Positions 20,057 through 30,667 of a stretch of 64,000 bases of DNA are shown here, one piece after another. Under the pieces are notes generated by a model that was given only the letters and a program-made list of their open reading frames with translations, had not been told where the DNA came from and searched no databases. The position numbers and the translations under genes are program-made. Source of the stretch: Oscillatoria sp. PCC 10802 (GTDB lineage Bacteria; Cyanobacteriota; Cyanobacteriia; Cyanobacteriales; Oscillatoriaceae). The stretch lies in the NCBI RefSeq assembly GCF_000332335.1, contig NZ_KB235948.1:2740513-2804512 (forward strand). The letters are read 5' to 3'. Numbering within the stretch: the first letter of the stretch is position 1; each line of letters opens with the position of its first letter.

Positions 20057-20713
20057 TCAGGCGAGCCCGGACTTGGACTTTTCTGGCACCGCAGCGCTGC
20101 TGGCCATCTTGCCATTTTTGCTGCTGGTGTGGCCATTGCCGTTACGGGGTAAAATCAGCCCGTAACCGCCGTGGTGTTTGCGCTCGTAGATCACGTTAAT
20201 CTCGCCGGTTTCGGCATTCCGGAACATGTAGAAGTCGTGATCGATCAGCTGTAGCTGTTCCAAGGCTTCTTGAACGCTCATCGGCGGCATCGCGAAATAC
20301 TTGGTTCGCACCACTTCGCTGGGAAGTTCCGGGGTGCGGTTGCCAATTATATCGGTCGCCACTGGCTGTTCGGCTGCAACCACAGTGGGTGTGGGCTGGG
20401 CCTGGGTCTTTTGGTCGTGGCGCTTTTCTTTGTATTTGCGCAGCTGACGAGCAATTTTATCCGCGACTAGGTCGATGCTGGCGTACAGGTTTTCGCTGCT
20501 TTCTTCGGCACGGATGACAGTACCGTTGGCGTAAATAGTGACTTCAGCCGCCTGCTTGGGGTTGATCCGAGGATTGCGAGCCACTGACAGGTGCACGTCA
20601 ACTTCCATCGTCAAATTTTGAAAGTGGCTGACCGCTTTCTCAATTTTTTGATTGACGTACTCGCGAATCGCATCGGTGATTTCAATATTTTTGCCGTGGA
20701 TAACAAGCTTCAT
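20057..20713 (-). CDS. hpf: Ribosome hibernation promoting factor, long form (LrtA/HPF)
   Basis: [20 protein letters not shown]... start verified at 20713. The upstream ORF-track extension is spurious. Confidence 0.85.
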   Translation of the reverse strand: MKLVIHGKNIEITDAIREYVNQKIEKAVSHFQNLTMEVDVHLSVARNPRINPKQAAEVTIYANGTVIRAEESSENLYASIDLVADKIARQLRKYKEKRHDQKTQAQPTPTVVAAEQPVATDIIGNRTPELPSEVVRTKYFAMPPMSVQEALEQLQLIDHDFYMFRNAETGEINVIYERKHHGGYGLILPRNGNGHTSSKNGKMASSAAVPEKSKSGLA

Positions 20714-21627
20714 AACTGATTGTCCCGCTGAAAACGCCCACTTGTCAAAAAGGTGGAAGGCTCTCCTCCCCACTTCGGGGGGAGGGCGTTGGGTGGGAAG
20801 GGAAGGTGGAATTAGTTCATCCCATATCGCTGTATCCTTCATCCTTTCAGAGTGGGGGGAAAGCGGGGCGGGGATTGCCGCTTTCCTCAAACCAATCGTG
20901 GAGCCCGTTTTTAGCTTAGCCCCTTACAGCAATTTACCCTGACTTTTGGTTGGTGGTTGCTGGCGGGAGCGCAGATCCCAAGAACGGAGCCGAAACTTTT
21001 CAGGATTGACTGCTCTTTGCGCTAAAGCGACGAAGATTCCCCGGAGGGATTTCAGAACTTCCAGTCAGACTGGATTCCTAGGCGAAGTCAATACGCCCCT
21101 ATGGTTTGCCCGAGGGCTTCCCTTTACTTTTAGTTTTAAGCTCATGCATGTCTCTCGTCGATGGAACGCCATAGCTTACCGACATTTTTGCGCCTGCTTT
21201 TTGCTACGCACCTCTGTCCTCACGGGATGTTAAGCCCCTTCCATTCGAGTCAATGAGAAGGCTCTTAAATTATAACGGTTCACAGAGGCTAAAGCCGCCG
21301 TGTCGCTTTTCCGCCCCGCTCGCTCACCAGACGCGGCGTGACGCGAGCTCCCGCGCTATTTTTCGTGTGGGCCACTCACTGTTTTAAGGCCCTGCCTCTT
21401 CTGCCCGTTTGTCCGGGGGAACAGCCCCTAGCGGTCTGAGGGTTGGCCCGCACTTCCGGAAATAGTGTTCCCGGCTGCACTCCGCTCTCAGGCACTCTCG
21501 GGATTTGTCCCAAAAGGGTTATGGAACCAATTCTACATAACTATCTCGCTGCGAAAGCCACTCTCACCGCCTTGAGATGGGGCTGTTGAAACTTTCTCCT
21601 CCCCTGGAATTATTGCCTCTACTATCA

Positions 21628-21996
21628 CCGATACATTTTTGCTATCAACTGCTGTCAATTGGTAACAAATACATAAGCTGGGAGGCTAGCTCTCAGCCAA
21701 GGCGTATCAACCAATGCCCGCAGGGAACCCGCGAGCACAACGTCCAAACTCCAGACAAAGTGACTTCCTTTGAGAAAGAAGCTGTCTCCATCAAGTCTAA
21801 AGGCCATTTGCCTTTGGGTTTCGGGCTTTCAGGCGATTTAGACACAGCCACCTACCGAGTGGAAATCGGATTTAGATAGCTGTTTTGGACTTTTCAGAGC
21901 AACCACCCGCCTTTGGTTTTCGGGTCGTGGTGGCTGTCTTGAGCAAAGTATAGCATAGATCAGCATATGGGGGCAAATCGCTTGCTGCTGCCAGCC
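21628..21996. repeat. Dispersed repeat family R5, copy 2, without the nested R4 insert.
   Basis: Collinear with 2778..3225. Confidence 0.65.
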
Positions 21997-22116
21997 CTAT
22001 CACTTCGTATTCTGGAGAACAGAGACTTTTGGCTTCTGTTTAAAATCTGTTGCATTCCTTGAAAATTCTTGATGTTACTCCCCCAGTCTTGGGGCTAAAA
22101 TTGCGTCTAATTACTC

Positions 22117-22860
22117 TTGATTTTTTGCAGGTTTTCGAGTATGTACCCCACTTCAGCGGCAGAGACCGGGCCGCACCGGCATCGCGGTAGGCTATACAAC
22201 CTAGGACAGGTGCCCTACACTGTAGCTTGGGCCTGGCAGCAGTCACTGGTGGCGGAACGCCAGAGGGCTCCCGAGTTAGAAGATGTTTTGATGTTGCTGG
22301 AACACCCGCCGGTATATACCTTGGGGCGGGGAGCCAGTCTGGAATTTCTCAAGTTCGACATAAGCCGTGCCGGTGTGGGAGTCCACCGAGTTGAGCGCGG
22401 GGGCGAAGTCACCTACCACTGTCCGGGCCAGCTGGTGGGCTACCCGATTTTGAATTTGCAAAGGCACCGGCAAGACTTGCACTGGTATTTGCGCCAGCTC
22501 GAAGAAGTCTTGCTGGAGGTGCTGGCATGTTGGGGGCTCGACGGTGAGCGCCTTGCGGGCAAAACCGGCGTTTGGCTGGAGGGGCGAAAGGTGGCGGCGA
22601 TCGGGATCAAGGTCAGCCGGTGGATTACCATGCACGGCTTTGCGTTAAATGTCTGTCCGGACTTGCAGGGATTTGAGCGCATTGTCCCTTGCGGGATTGC
22701 GGACAAGCCGGTGGGCAGTTTGGCGGAGTTTGTTCCGGGAATCGAGATCGACTCGGTGCGCCGGACCGTGGCTGAGGCTTTTGCCCGAGTGTTTGATGTC
22801 CAACTTGACTTTCAAGAGGGTTCCCCACTCCTGTCAAATCCGGTTGCGGCGGATTCGTAA
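22117..22860 (+). CDS. lipB: Lipoyl(octanoyl) transferase
   Basis: LipB motifs: RGG.VTYHGPGQLV.YPIL, K(V/I)AAIGIKV, active-site Cys in VPCG. Confidence 0.85.
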   Translation: MIFCRFSSMYPTSAAETGPHRHRGRLYNLGQVPYTVAWAWQQSLVAERQRAPELEDVLMLLEHPPVYTLGRGASLEFLKFDISRAGVGVHRVERGGEVTYHCPGQLVGYPILNLQRHRQDLHWYLRQLEEVLLEVLACWGLDGERLAGKTGVWLEGRKVAAIGIKVSRWITMHGFALNVCPDLQGFERIVPCGIADKPVGSLAEFVPGIEIDSVRRTVAEAFARVFDVQLDFQEGSPLLSNPVAADS

Positions 22861-22957
22861 AAAATAGGGTCAGCCGGTCCGCCCCCTCTGGGCGGATCCC
22901 GCAAAAAAGAGGAGCCCGCTGGCTTATTGCCCGAGCGCCCGCAAGCAGCAAAACTTT

Positions 22958-23500
22958 TTAGAAGGGAATGTCATCGCGGTCCACTTCGTTCCCGGGGGGG
23001 CTGGGATCGTCGGGTGACTGCTGATAGGCTGAATAGGTTTGGGAGGCGGGAGGGGGGGACTGATACCTGGACTCCGCTGGGTCAGACTCAGCGGAGGTCT
23101 CAGTCAGCTTCCCCGTGCCAGCTTGGTTGCGAGAGGTAAAGGACACCACGTTACTGGGGGTGGGGGTTCGGGTGCTCGCCTGTGTCCTGCCGGCATTCCC
23201 CTGCAAGCTGTGTATCCGCTGAGCGGTTAATTCAGCGCGTTTTTCCTTGAACCCCTCGGGCCGGTCAACAGTATTCATGCTCAAGCGGCCTTCTATGACC
23301 ACCCGATCTCCTGGGCCATAGCGATCGTAAGTTTCTTGGGCGAGATTCCCCCACACCACCACCTTCAAGGTTTCCGGGGGGTCTTCCTCCTTTGGCCCTG
23401 GAAACTGAACCAGCATTTCAGTAATCTGAGTTTGGTTGTCTGCCGTATAGCGCAGTTGCGGTTCTTGGACAATTTCCGCCATTAAAATGCAGCTGTTCAT
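22958..23500 (-). CDS. ssb: Single-stranded DNA-binding protein
   Basis: OB-fold N-terminal domain, Gly/Pro/Gln-rich linker, acidic C-terminal tip DDIPF. Start verified at 23500. Confidence 0.85.
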   Translation of the reverse strand: MNSCILMAEIVQEPQLRYTADNQTQITEMLVQFPGPKEEDPPETLKVVVWGNLAQETYDRYGPGDRVVIEGRLSMNTVDRPEGFKEKRAELTAQRIHSLQGNAGRTQASTRTPTPSNVVSFTSRNQAGTGKLTETSAESDPAESRYQSPPPASQTYSAYQQSPDDPSPPGNEVDRDDIPF

Positions 23501-24317
23501 CTGAAAAACCCGCTGGATACTCCGTCTCAATCCGATATTTAGACGGTGAGGAAAGCGGGGCGGGGTTTGTCGGTTTGACCGCTTTCCTGGTGTGCGTTCG
23601 GAAAGCCCTCTCCCTGTGCGCCGGCAACCGGCTGGCACGAGGGCCGGACTGGCGTTGCGAGTCTGCCCGCTAGCCTGTTTGGGTGCTGTACTGGAGACAA
23701 CCACTGGGAGCCGGCTCTTTTTTGGGCGGTTTTTCCATCCTGCCACCGATATAATTTAGCTTTTCTTGCGGGGGGCTAACCAGTAGGCCAAAGCTCGCCC
23801 CCTGGCGGGCGCGTGCGGCAGCACCCACTTCCCACTGCGTTTCTCAGGGTTCCCAGCCGCACTGTCCGGGGTGAAACCGGCCCGGAGTGCGAGCCGAAAC
23901 ACTGTCATATCCTGACGTTTTCCAGCCCAAAACATTTCGGCTTGCCGCTGTTGCATGTCCCCCAAAGAGCGCTGGGGCTTGCCGCTTTAACTAACAATAT
24001 AACCTATTTTTCCCAGTGTTTAAAGAAAATAAGCTCCTCTGGAACTGCCTCTCTCAACAAAGCTTTGGCAGTCGCCCGTTTAAGTTTTTGGTTTCAGAGT
24101 GGTGAGCGTCTTACTTTCTTTTGCTCCGCCGCCTGAGGACAGCGAGGGCGTCAGACTTGGCAGGCGGGATTTTTTACAGTAGAGGTGGCAGCCAATAATT
24201 ACGAGAGATTAGCGATTAGCTAGCGTGCTGGCCTGGGAGCCCTACCTGGCGGCTGCGCCCTTGGGGCAACGGCTTTCGGAACCTCGCTCTTGCGGCACGG
24301 GAGCCGTGGTCTGCTGG

Positions 24318-26822
24318 CTACTGTTGCTCTACAAACCTTTGAATGCGGTTGCGGTAATCCCTCAAGTGGTAATCCACCCAGTCCCCATCATTACTGTTAG
24401 CAAAAATATGCACCAGGGGTTCTCCGGCATCGGGCAAAATTAACACCCAACTGTCGCTGCGCCGGTCAAATATCTTAACGCCATCCACTAACTCCAAATT
24501 ATCTGCCGGGTGGGTTTCTACGAGGTGGCGCATTAGGCCTCCCTTCACCGTCCAGGGGCAGCGCAGGGTGTAGGTGCGGTGGGAGACGCGGGGCAAGTCG
24601 GCGCGAAGTTGAGCCAGGGAGCGCTCCTGCAGCGTCAGCATCTCAATGATCTTGGCGATGCAGAACATGCCGTCAAATCCCGGATGCAGCTGCGGGAAAA
24701 TAAAGCCCATCTCCCCACTGCCCCCCAGAACGACATTGGCATGGGTGTGAGAGGCTTCCATCAGGGCTGTGGGGTTGGCCTTGGTGCGAATCACCCTGCC
24801 GTCGTGGCGGCGGGCGATCTGCTCAACCGCACTGGAAGCGTGCACCGGCACCACCACCGTGCCTCTGGGATTGGAGGTGAGAATCAGGTTGACCATCAGG
24901 GCGGTCAGGGTTTCGCCGCGAATGGCGCTGCCGGATTCATCCACTAATATCATCTGCTCCCCGTTTCCCGACACCTGGACGCCAAAGGTGGCCCTGAGAG
25001 CCTCGACGACGTGACCGAGCTGCAGCAGCAGGCTCTCCCGCTCGTCTGTGGAGGGTGCCGTCTGGTTGAGACTAGCGTTGAGGACTACGGCGTCACAGCC
25101 ATACTTGGCGAGCAGCTGTGGCAGCACCGCTCCCGAAACCGCATACACATAGTCTATTACAACTTTGGCGCGACTGTGACGAATCGCCTGGATGTGAAGA
25201 TTTTTTTCAAAGGCGGTGCTGTACAGATCGAGCACCTGGCTGGGGTAAGCCATATTGCCTATTTCCTGTATCTGAGCCCGGCGGAAGTCTTCTTTAAAAT
25301 AAGCCCCCTCAATTTTTTTCTCTAAAGATTTAGAGATATTAATTCCCTTGCCATCAAAAAATTCAATCAGGATCGAATCGTGCCGGTCGGGGTGGACGCG
25401 CACGTGGACGCCACCGGCCACCGACAGGGTGGGGGCAACGGTGCGAGCGATGGGAATTGCCGTGGATTCTAAGTTCTGAACGTGTGTCCCTACTGACATC
25501 AGCCCGGCAATCAGGGACCGGGTGACCATGCGGGAGATATTGCGCTGGTCGCGGGAAACGGTGACTTGGGAGCCCGGTTTCAGGGTGGAGCCATAAGCCG
25601 CCCCCAATTTGACGGCGAATTCTGGGGTGATGTCGATATTTGCCAGTCCGGACACGCCCCGCTGGCCAAACAGGTTGCGCTGCGCCGCTTGCCCCCAGAT
25701 CAGGTTGATGTTCAAAGTCGCCCCAGATTCAACCTTTTTACTGGGCCACACTCTCACGTCGGGGCTGATTTGGGCTTCTTCTCCTATGCTGGACAGGGCA
25801 CCCACTACGGCTCCTTCCAAGACGTGGGCTCGCCGGTCTATCCGCACCCCTCTGGCGGTGACGCAGGCCCTCAGGTGGGCCTCTTCGCCGACGATCACCC
25901 CATTCCAGACGATCGGTCGCTTGATGTCTGCGTCAGCGCCAATCGTAACGTTGTCCCCTATTGAGGTTCCCGCTTCGATCTGCACCCGAGAGCCAATGCG
26001 GCAGTTGTGGCCAATCAGAACTGGGGTTTCTATTTTTGCGCTCGGATCGATATATGTGTTTTGACCCACCCACAGTCCGGGGGAGCGCTCTTCGTAAGGA
26101 AATTCCAGTTTTACTTTGCCGTACAAGCCGTCGTACTGGGCGTCGCGGTAGGCGTCGAGGTGGCCCACATCGCACCAGTACCCCTCGGCGATGAAGCCGT
26201 ACATGGGCTCACCTTTTTCCAGCAGCAGGGGGAACAGGTCTTTGGAAAAGTCACACTCTTTGTTTTCTGGCAGGTAGTCCAGGACTTCCGGCTCTAAGAT
26301 GTAGATGCCGGTGTTGACTGTATCGGAAAAAATCTCGCTGGTCGATGGCTTTTCCAAAAACCGCCGAATGCGGCTGTCTTTATCGGTAATCACGACGCCG
26401 AATTCTATTGGATTGGGGACGTGCGTCAAAACTATCGTCGCTTTGGAGCGCTTGTGCTTGTGAAAGGCCATAGCGGCGCTCAAATTAAAGTCGGTGATGC
26501 TGTCTCCGCTAATCACCAGAAAGGTTTGGTCGAGCAGTTCGGCAATATTTTTGACGCAGCCAGCCGTCCCCAGGGGCTGGTCTTCCTCCACCGCATAGGT
26601 CATCTGCACGCCAAAGTCACTGCCGTCTTGGAAGTAGTCGCGCATCACGTCCGGCAGATAGTGCAGCGTGGCAATGATTTCTGTAATCTGGTGCCGTCTG
26701 AGAAGATTGATGATGTGCTCAGCAATCGGGCGATTCAAAATCGGCACCATCGGTTTGGGCAGATCGCAAGTCAGCGGTCTGAGCCGCGTCCCCGATCCTC
26801 CAGCCATCAGCACTGCTCGCAT
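24318..26822 (-). CDS. Bifunctional nucleotidyltransferase (mannose-1-phosphate guanylyltransferase-like) / phosphomannomutase-phosphoglucomutase protein.
   Basis: N-terminal [11 protein letters not shown] nucleotidyltransferase motif. Left-handed beta-helix hexapeptide region. C-terminal alpha-D-phosphohexomutase domains. 834 aa. Confidence 0.8.
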   Translation of the reverse strand: MRAVLMAGGSGTRLRPLTCDLPKPMVPILNRPIAEHIINLLRRHQITEIIATLHYLPDVMRDYFQDGSDFGVQMTYAVEEDQPLGTAGCVKNIAELLDQTFLVISGDSITDFNLSAAMAFHKHKRSKATIVLTHVPNPIEFGVVITDKDSRIRRFLEKPSTSEIFSDTVNTGIYILEPEVLDYLPENKECDFSKDLFPLLLEKGEPMYGFIAEGYWCDVGHLDAYRDAQYDGLYGKVKLEFPYEERSPGLWVGQNTYIDPSAKIETPVLIGHNCRIGSRVQIEAGTSIGDNVTIGADADIKRPIVWNGVIVGEEAHLRACVTARGVRIDRRAHVLEGAVVGALSSIGEEAQISPDVRVWPSKKVESGATLNINLIWGQAAQRNLFGQRGVSGLANIDITPEFAVKLGAAYGSTLKPGSQVTVSRDQRNISRMVTRSLIAGLMSVGTHVQNLESTAIPIARTVAPTLSVAGGVHVRVHPDRHDSILIEFFDGKGINISKSLEKKIEGAYFKEDFRRAQIQEIGNMAYPSQVLDLYSTAFEKNLHIQAIRHSRAKVVIDYVYAVSGAVLPQLLAKYGCDAVVLNASLNQTAPSTDERESLLLQLGHVVEALRATFGVQVSGNGEQMILVDESGSAIRGETLTALMVNLILTSNPRGTVVVPVHASSAVEQIARRHDGRVIRTKANPTALMEASHTHANVVLGGSGEMGFIFPQLHPGFDGMFCIAKIIEMLTLQERSLAQLRADLPRVSHRTYTLRCPWTVKGGLMRHLVETHPADNLELVDGVKIFDRRSDSWVLILPDAGEPLVHIFANSNDGDWVDYHLRDYRNRIQRFVEQQ

Positions 26823-27362
26823 AAGTCCTCCTTAGCTTTTCGCACGCTTGGTTGCATCGAGCGCGATTCCTGCGCGTTCGGCTTGTCTCTACTCTAGTTT
26901 CCTATGATGCTGGGTCTTGTGGCATGCCGCTCAAATGCGCCCTTGCGCCAGAACTGAGTTGCTTTCAGCCCCGCCAAACTGCTGTGGATAAGTAAATCTA
27001 CTTAAAACAAGCTGACAGTTGATGGCTCGAAGATGGCTCCCGCAACCAGCCGCACGACCGCAGCGTCTGGGGAAAGAGAATTTTGTCGGTGCGCCAAAAG
27101 CTATCCATAGCATAAAACTGAATCTATGATATTTCCAGAATCTTGAGGAGGGTTTAACCTCGCTGCTGCGGGGGCTTTCCATCTGCCCAAAGCTCGCCCT
27201 TGCGCCGGCGGCACCCAAGGGGTGGCAAAGTACGCACAGCCCCCCCCCAAAGCGTGCCGGTGGCCGGCAGACCGGACCGGAACATCAAGGGTTGCGCAAA
27301 AAAGCTCAAAGGAATGCGATAATGATTTCAGCAGGCGGCAGGAAAAGAATATTTTTGGCCAT

Positions 27363-27386
27363 GAATCCCGGCAACGGGATTGAAAC
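27363..27386 (+). promoter_or_regulatory. Conserved 24-nt hairpin motif GAATCCCGGCAACGGGATTGAAAC (copy 2), 20 nt upstream of a small membrane-protein ORF.
   Basis: Identical except for the loop to 6..29 (GAATCCCGGAAACGGGATTGAAAC). Confidence 0.35.
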
Positions 27387-27406
27387 AGTTGCTTCGAGAA
27401 TCGATC

Positions 27407-27598
27407 ATGAATTTAATCTTATTGGCGTTGGTGGTCGGTTATGGAGTCGGGATCTGGAAGTTCTGGAGTGGGTTTGAGCGGACGAACTTCGAGCGAAGTC
27501 TGCCCAACCGGCTGAAGCTGTCCGTGCTGTGGCCGGTACTGTGGGTGGCCAACCAGAGCTATCGCAAAAACTTTACCAAAGCTCTCAAGGGGCGCTAG
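27407..27598 (+). CDS. Small (63 aa) predicted membrane protein
   Basis: A single hydrophobic helix LILLALVVGYGVGIW. Weak support. Confidence 0.3.
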   Translation: MNLILLALVVGYGVGIWKFWSGFERTNFERSLPNRLKLSVLWPVLWVANQSYRKNFTKALKGR

Positions 27599-27605
27599 GG
27601 GCTGA

Positions 27606-28322
27606 ATGTCTAAAAAGCCCGCTCCCGGCAACCTCTTTGCTGCCGGCACCTCCGACCGCTGGCAGCCAACAGTGGCCCAGGTCGCCTCTCGCTTTAACCG
27701 GCAGTATGCCGGCGAGCCCTTCGACCTGCCCTCCGAAGTCGAGGCTATGCCCATCTTTCGCGACTGGGCTGCCGGCACGCTCCAATCAAAAATTGCTTCC
27801 CCTTTCTGGGAGATCGCCCAACCCCAAAAAAACCAGCGCTGTTTGGATATCGGCTGCGGTGCCAGCTTTCTCATCTATCCCTGGCGCGACTGGGGCGCTT
27901 TCTTTTACGGTCACGAAATCAGCTCCGTGGCGCGCGACACCCTCAACGCTCGCGGACCCCAGCTCAACTCCAAGCTCTTTAAAGGAGTGGAACTCGCACC
28001 GGCTCACCAGCTCCACTGCGAGCCGGCTCAGTTCGATCTGGCTATCGCCACCGGCTTGAGCTGCTATTTCCCTCTCGATTACTGGGCTGCTGTTATGGCT
28101 GAGGTGCAGCGGGCTCTCAAACCGGCAGGCGAGTTCGTTTTTGATGTCCTCGACCCCGATCCCCCCTTAGCGGAAAACTGGGCCATCCTGGAAACCTATA
28201 TGGGCGCTGAGGTGTTCCTCGAACCTCTGCCCGCTTGGGAAAAGCTGATTAAGGCTGCCGGTGCTAAGGTGGTTAAACGTCAGCCGGGCGAGCTTTTCGG
28301 GCTTTATAAAGTCCGATTTTGA
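27606..28322 (+). CDS. Class I SAM-dependent methyltransferase
   Basis: Motif I LDIGCGASF. Confidence 0.65.
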   Translation: MSKKPAPGNLFAAGTSDRWQPTVAQVASRFNRQYAGEPFDLPSEVEAMPIFRDWAAGTLQSKIASPFWEIAQPQKNQRCLDIGCGASFLIYPWRDWGAFFYGHEISSVARDTLNARGPQLNSKLFKGVELAPAHQLHCEPAQFDLAIATGLSCYFPLDYWAAVMAEVQRALKPAGEFVFDVLDPDPPLAENWAILETYMGAEVFLEPLPAWEKLIKAAGAKVVKRQPGELFGLYKVRF

Positions 28323-28628
28323 GAGAAAAACTTGTTGACATATTTGCTTTTTTGTGGTAAGGGAAACGAACCGCCACAGAGGCGATAGCGGCTTCCCGCA
28401 GTGCAGACGCCAAGGACGCCAAGAATAGAAGAATGCCTGACGCTGCACAATGCCTGGATGAACCCCACCCCCGAACCCCTGCCCCTTATCCCCAGAGGGG
28501 CCCCCCCTTCCCCGCTGGCGGGGAGGGGGAGTAAGAGCAAATAAACATAAGAGTGGAAAAAATTTCAATCATTCTTCTACTATCCAACGCCCCATGCCCC
28601 ACGCCCCATGCCCAATGCTCAATGCCCC

Positions 28629-29462
28629 ATGCCCAACTATCAGCGCGTCTGGCTGATTGGCGGGACGAGCGAAAGTGCCCTGCTGGCAAGCGCGATGGTG
28701 GCGGCACAGTTGCCCTGCACGATTTCTGTTACCACAGAAGCGGCTAGGGCCCTCTACCCACCGGCACCTGTGCTGCGGGTGTGGGTGGGGCGGCTCGATG
28801 CCGGTCAAATCCGGCAGTTTTTGCAACAGCAGGGAATTGTTGCGATTTTGGACGCCTCCCACCCCTATGCGGTGGAGATTTCCAAGCTGGCGGTGGCGGC
28901 GGCGAGGGAGTGTCACATCCCTTACCTGCGCTACGAACGCCCGGCGAGTTCCGACGGGCCATCCCAAATCCCCAAATCCCCCAATCCCGGCACCCAAAAT
29001 CCCGAATCCCCAATCATTATAGAAGTGGACAGTTTTGAGACGCTGCTGGCGGGCGAGTGTCTGGCGGGAGAGCGGGTGCTGCTGGTTGCCGGCTACCGGC
29101 CCCTGCCGCTGTTCCGCCCCTGGCAAGAGCGCTGCACCCTGTTCGCCCGCATCCTGCCTTCGCTGCCGGCGCTGCAAGCGGCTCTGGATGCGGGGTTCAC
29201 GCCTGACCGGCTAGTGGCCTTGCGCCCGCCGGTGTCGCCTGAGCTGGAACGGGCGCTGTGGCAACAGTGGCAAATTTCGCTCGTGGTGGCGAAGGCGTCT
29301 GGAACTGCGGGGGGAGAGGATGTCAAGCGGGCGGTTGCGGCTGAGTTGGGGGTGCCGGTGGTGCTGATAAAGCGACCGGCTGTTGAGTACCCCCAGCAAA
29401 CCAGTCAGGTGGCGGTTGCTGTGGAGTTTTGCCGGCGGTCCCTTTCAGGCGAAGCGCAATAA
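28629..29462 (+). CDS. cobK: Precorrin-6A / cobalt-precorrin-6A reductase
   Basis: N-terminal VWLIGGTSES typical of CobK/CbiJ. The ATGs at 28608 and 28629 are both in frame, inside a CCCATGCCCCA tandem repeat. There is an in-frame PQIPKSPNPGTQNPESP low-complexity insert. Confidence 0.75.
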   Translation: MPNYQRVWLIGGTSESALLASAMVAAQLPCTISVTTEAARALYPPAPVLRVWVGRLDAGQIRQFLQQQGIVAILDASHPYAVEISKLAVAAARECHIPYLRYERPASSDGPSQIPKSPNPGTQNPESPIIIEVDSFETLLAGECLAGERVLLVAGYRPLPLFRPWQERCTLFARILPSLPALQAALDAGFTPDRLVALRPPVSPELERALWQQWQISLVVAKASGTAGGEDVKRAVAAELGVPVVLIKRPAVEYPQQTSQVAVAVEFCRRSLSGEAQ

Positions 29463-29583
29463 TCTTCAAGACGCAGCACGAGCGCCTGCGCCCACTGTGC
29501 CGGTGTCTGGGGGCGTGGGTGGGGAAATATGATAGAGTTAACCTGCAATCCAAAAAAACTGGCAAGTTTTTCATTAGGAACGA

Positions 29584-30087
29584 TTGGATATGAGGCATTT
29601 TCTGCGATTTGCGGCCATTGCTCTGGCAATTTTTATTCTTGTTTCCCCCCTGCCGGCACAAGCGGCAAGTTCTTCTTCCATCAGAGCGGGCAAAATCGAC
29701 TTAGAGGAAATCGGAAAGGATTTTTCCGGCCAAACTTTAATAGGGGCAGAGTTTGGAAATGCCTATCTGGAGGGGGCGAACTTTAGCAATGCTGACTTGC
29801 GCGGTGCGGTTTTTAACGGTGCGCAACTGATTCAGGCGAATCTGCAGGGCGCGGATTTTACCAATGGAATAGCCTATTTGGTTAACTTCACCGGCGCTGA
29901 TTTAAGGGATGCGGTTTTGGTGGAAGCGATTATGATGCGCTCTAAGTTTGAGGGGTCTGATATTACCGGAGCTGACTTCACTGATGCGGTTTTGGATCGC
30001 GAGCAACTGAGTAAACTCTGCGCCAGAGCGGCGGGTGTCAATTCCCAAACGGGAGTGGCGACTCGCGAGTCTTTGGGATGCCGGTAA
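29584..30087 (+). CDS. Pentapeptide-repeat protein with a signal peptide (lumenal/periplasmic)
   Basis: Signal peptide ending AQA. Tandem A(D/N)LxG pentapeptide repeats. Confidence 0.8.
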   Translation: MDMRHFLRFAAIALAIFILVSPLPAQAASSSSIRAGKIDLEEIGKDFSGQTLIGAEFGNAYLEGANFSNADLRGAVFNGAQLIQANLQGADFTNGIAYLVNFTGADLRDAVLVEAIMMRSKFEGSDITGADFTDAVLDREQLSKLCARAAGVNSQTGVATRESLGCR

Positions 30088-30109
30088 AGAAATTGGGCGT
30101 CGCACAATA

Positions 30110-30185
30110 CCTCGTTCCCAGGCGGAGCCTGGGAGCGCGCGTCTGGAGGCTCTGCCCCCTCTCTACAAGAAGCATTTTAGAGCGG
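30110..30185. mobile_element. Repeat family R2, copy a (CCTCGTTCCCAGGCGGAGCCTGGGAGCG ... GAGGCTCTGCC...).
   Basis: Shares the hairpin plus GGAGGCTCTGCC core with 37409..37499, 43139..43228, 52321..52392 and inverted 46720..46787. Confidence 0.55.
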
Positions 30186-30299
30186 ATCTCAGTTATATGA
30201 ATTACGCATAAGAGCCCCGGTTTCTTTAAGAAACCGGGGTTTTCAGTACCTCACTAATATGAGAAACGGTATCAAAGCGTAACAGCTTGTCAGAGCGGA

Positions 30300-30435
30300 T
30301 ATAGCAGCAGTCATATTGGTTAGGACGTAGGACAGGCGTCTCACCTGTCAAGCGAGACCTTGAGGCCCGGCGAACGCCGTACCTACGTCTATACGTCGTA
30401 TCAAGCGTGTCCTAATCTAACTGGCTACTGCTATA
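30300..30435. mobile_element. MITE-like element family R3, copy C
   Basis: TIRs TATAGCAGCAGTCATATTGGTTAGGAC ... GTCCTAATCTAACTGGCTACTGCTATA. Confidence 0.6.
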
Positions 30436-30551
30436 GATGTCAGTGATTTGTATCACTATTTGTGCTTAACATCATCCCTAGCAGCGATCTGAATCAACTT
30501 TCAGGCTAGGAAAAAGTTTATATAGCGCGTCCTATACCTTCGCGAAAATTT

Positions 30552-30588
30552 CAGAAACCCGGTTTCTTCAAGAAACCGGGTTTCTGGG
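30552..30588. repeat. Double R7 palindrome AGAAACCCGGTTTCT-TCA-AGAAACCGGGTTTCT
   Basis: Read directly. A second copy lies at 30213..30244. Confidence 0.6.
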
Positions 30589-30667
30589 CTTAAGCGCGGT
30601 TGCGCAAATCATTTATAACTGCTATAATAAGAAAAATGGCAGGAATAACTTCTGGGAGGTATTTTCA

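Noticed and set aside
21577-21879. 100-aa ORF inside R5 repeat copy 2 and 95-aa ORF at 20946..21233
   Set aside because: They are not conserved between the two repeat copies, have no RBS or motifs, and their composition is inconsistent with coding.
28590-28640. CCCATGCCCCA tandem repeats considered as a mini-CRISPR or phase-variation tract
   Set aside because: The units are contiguous without spacers and too short and irregular for CRISPR. I kept it as a finding about start-codon ambiguity only.
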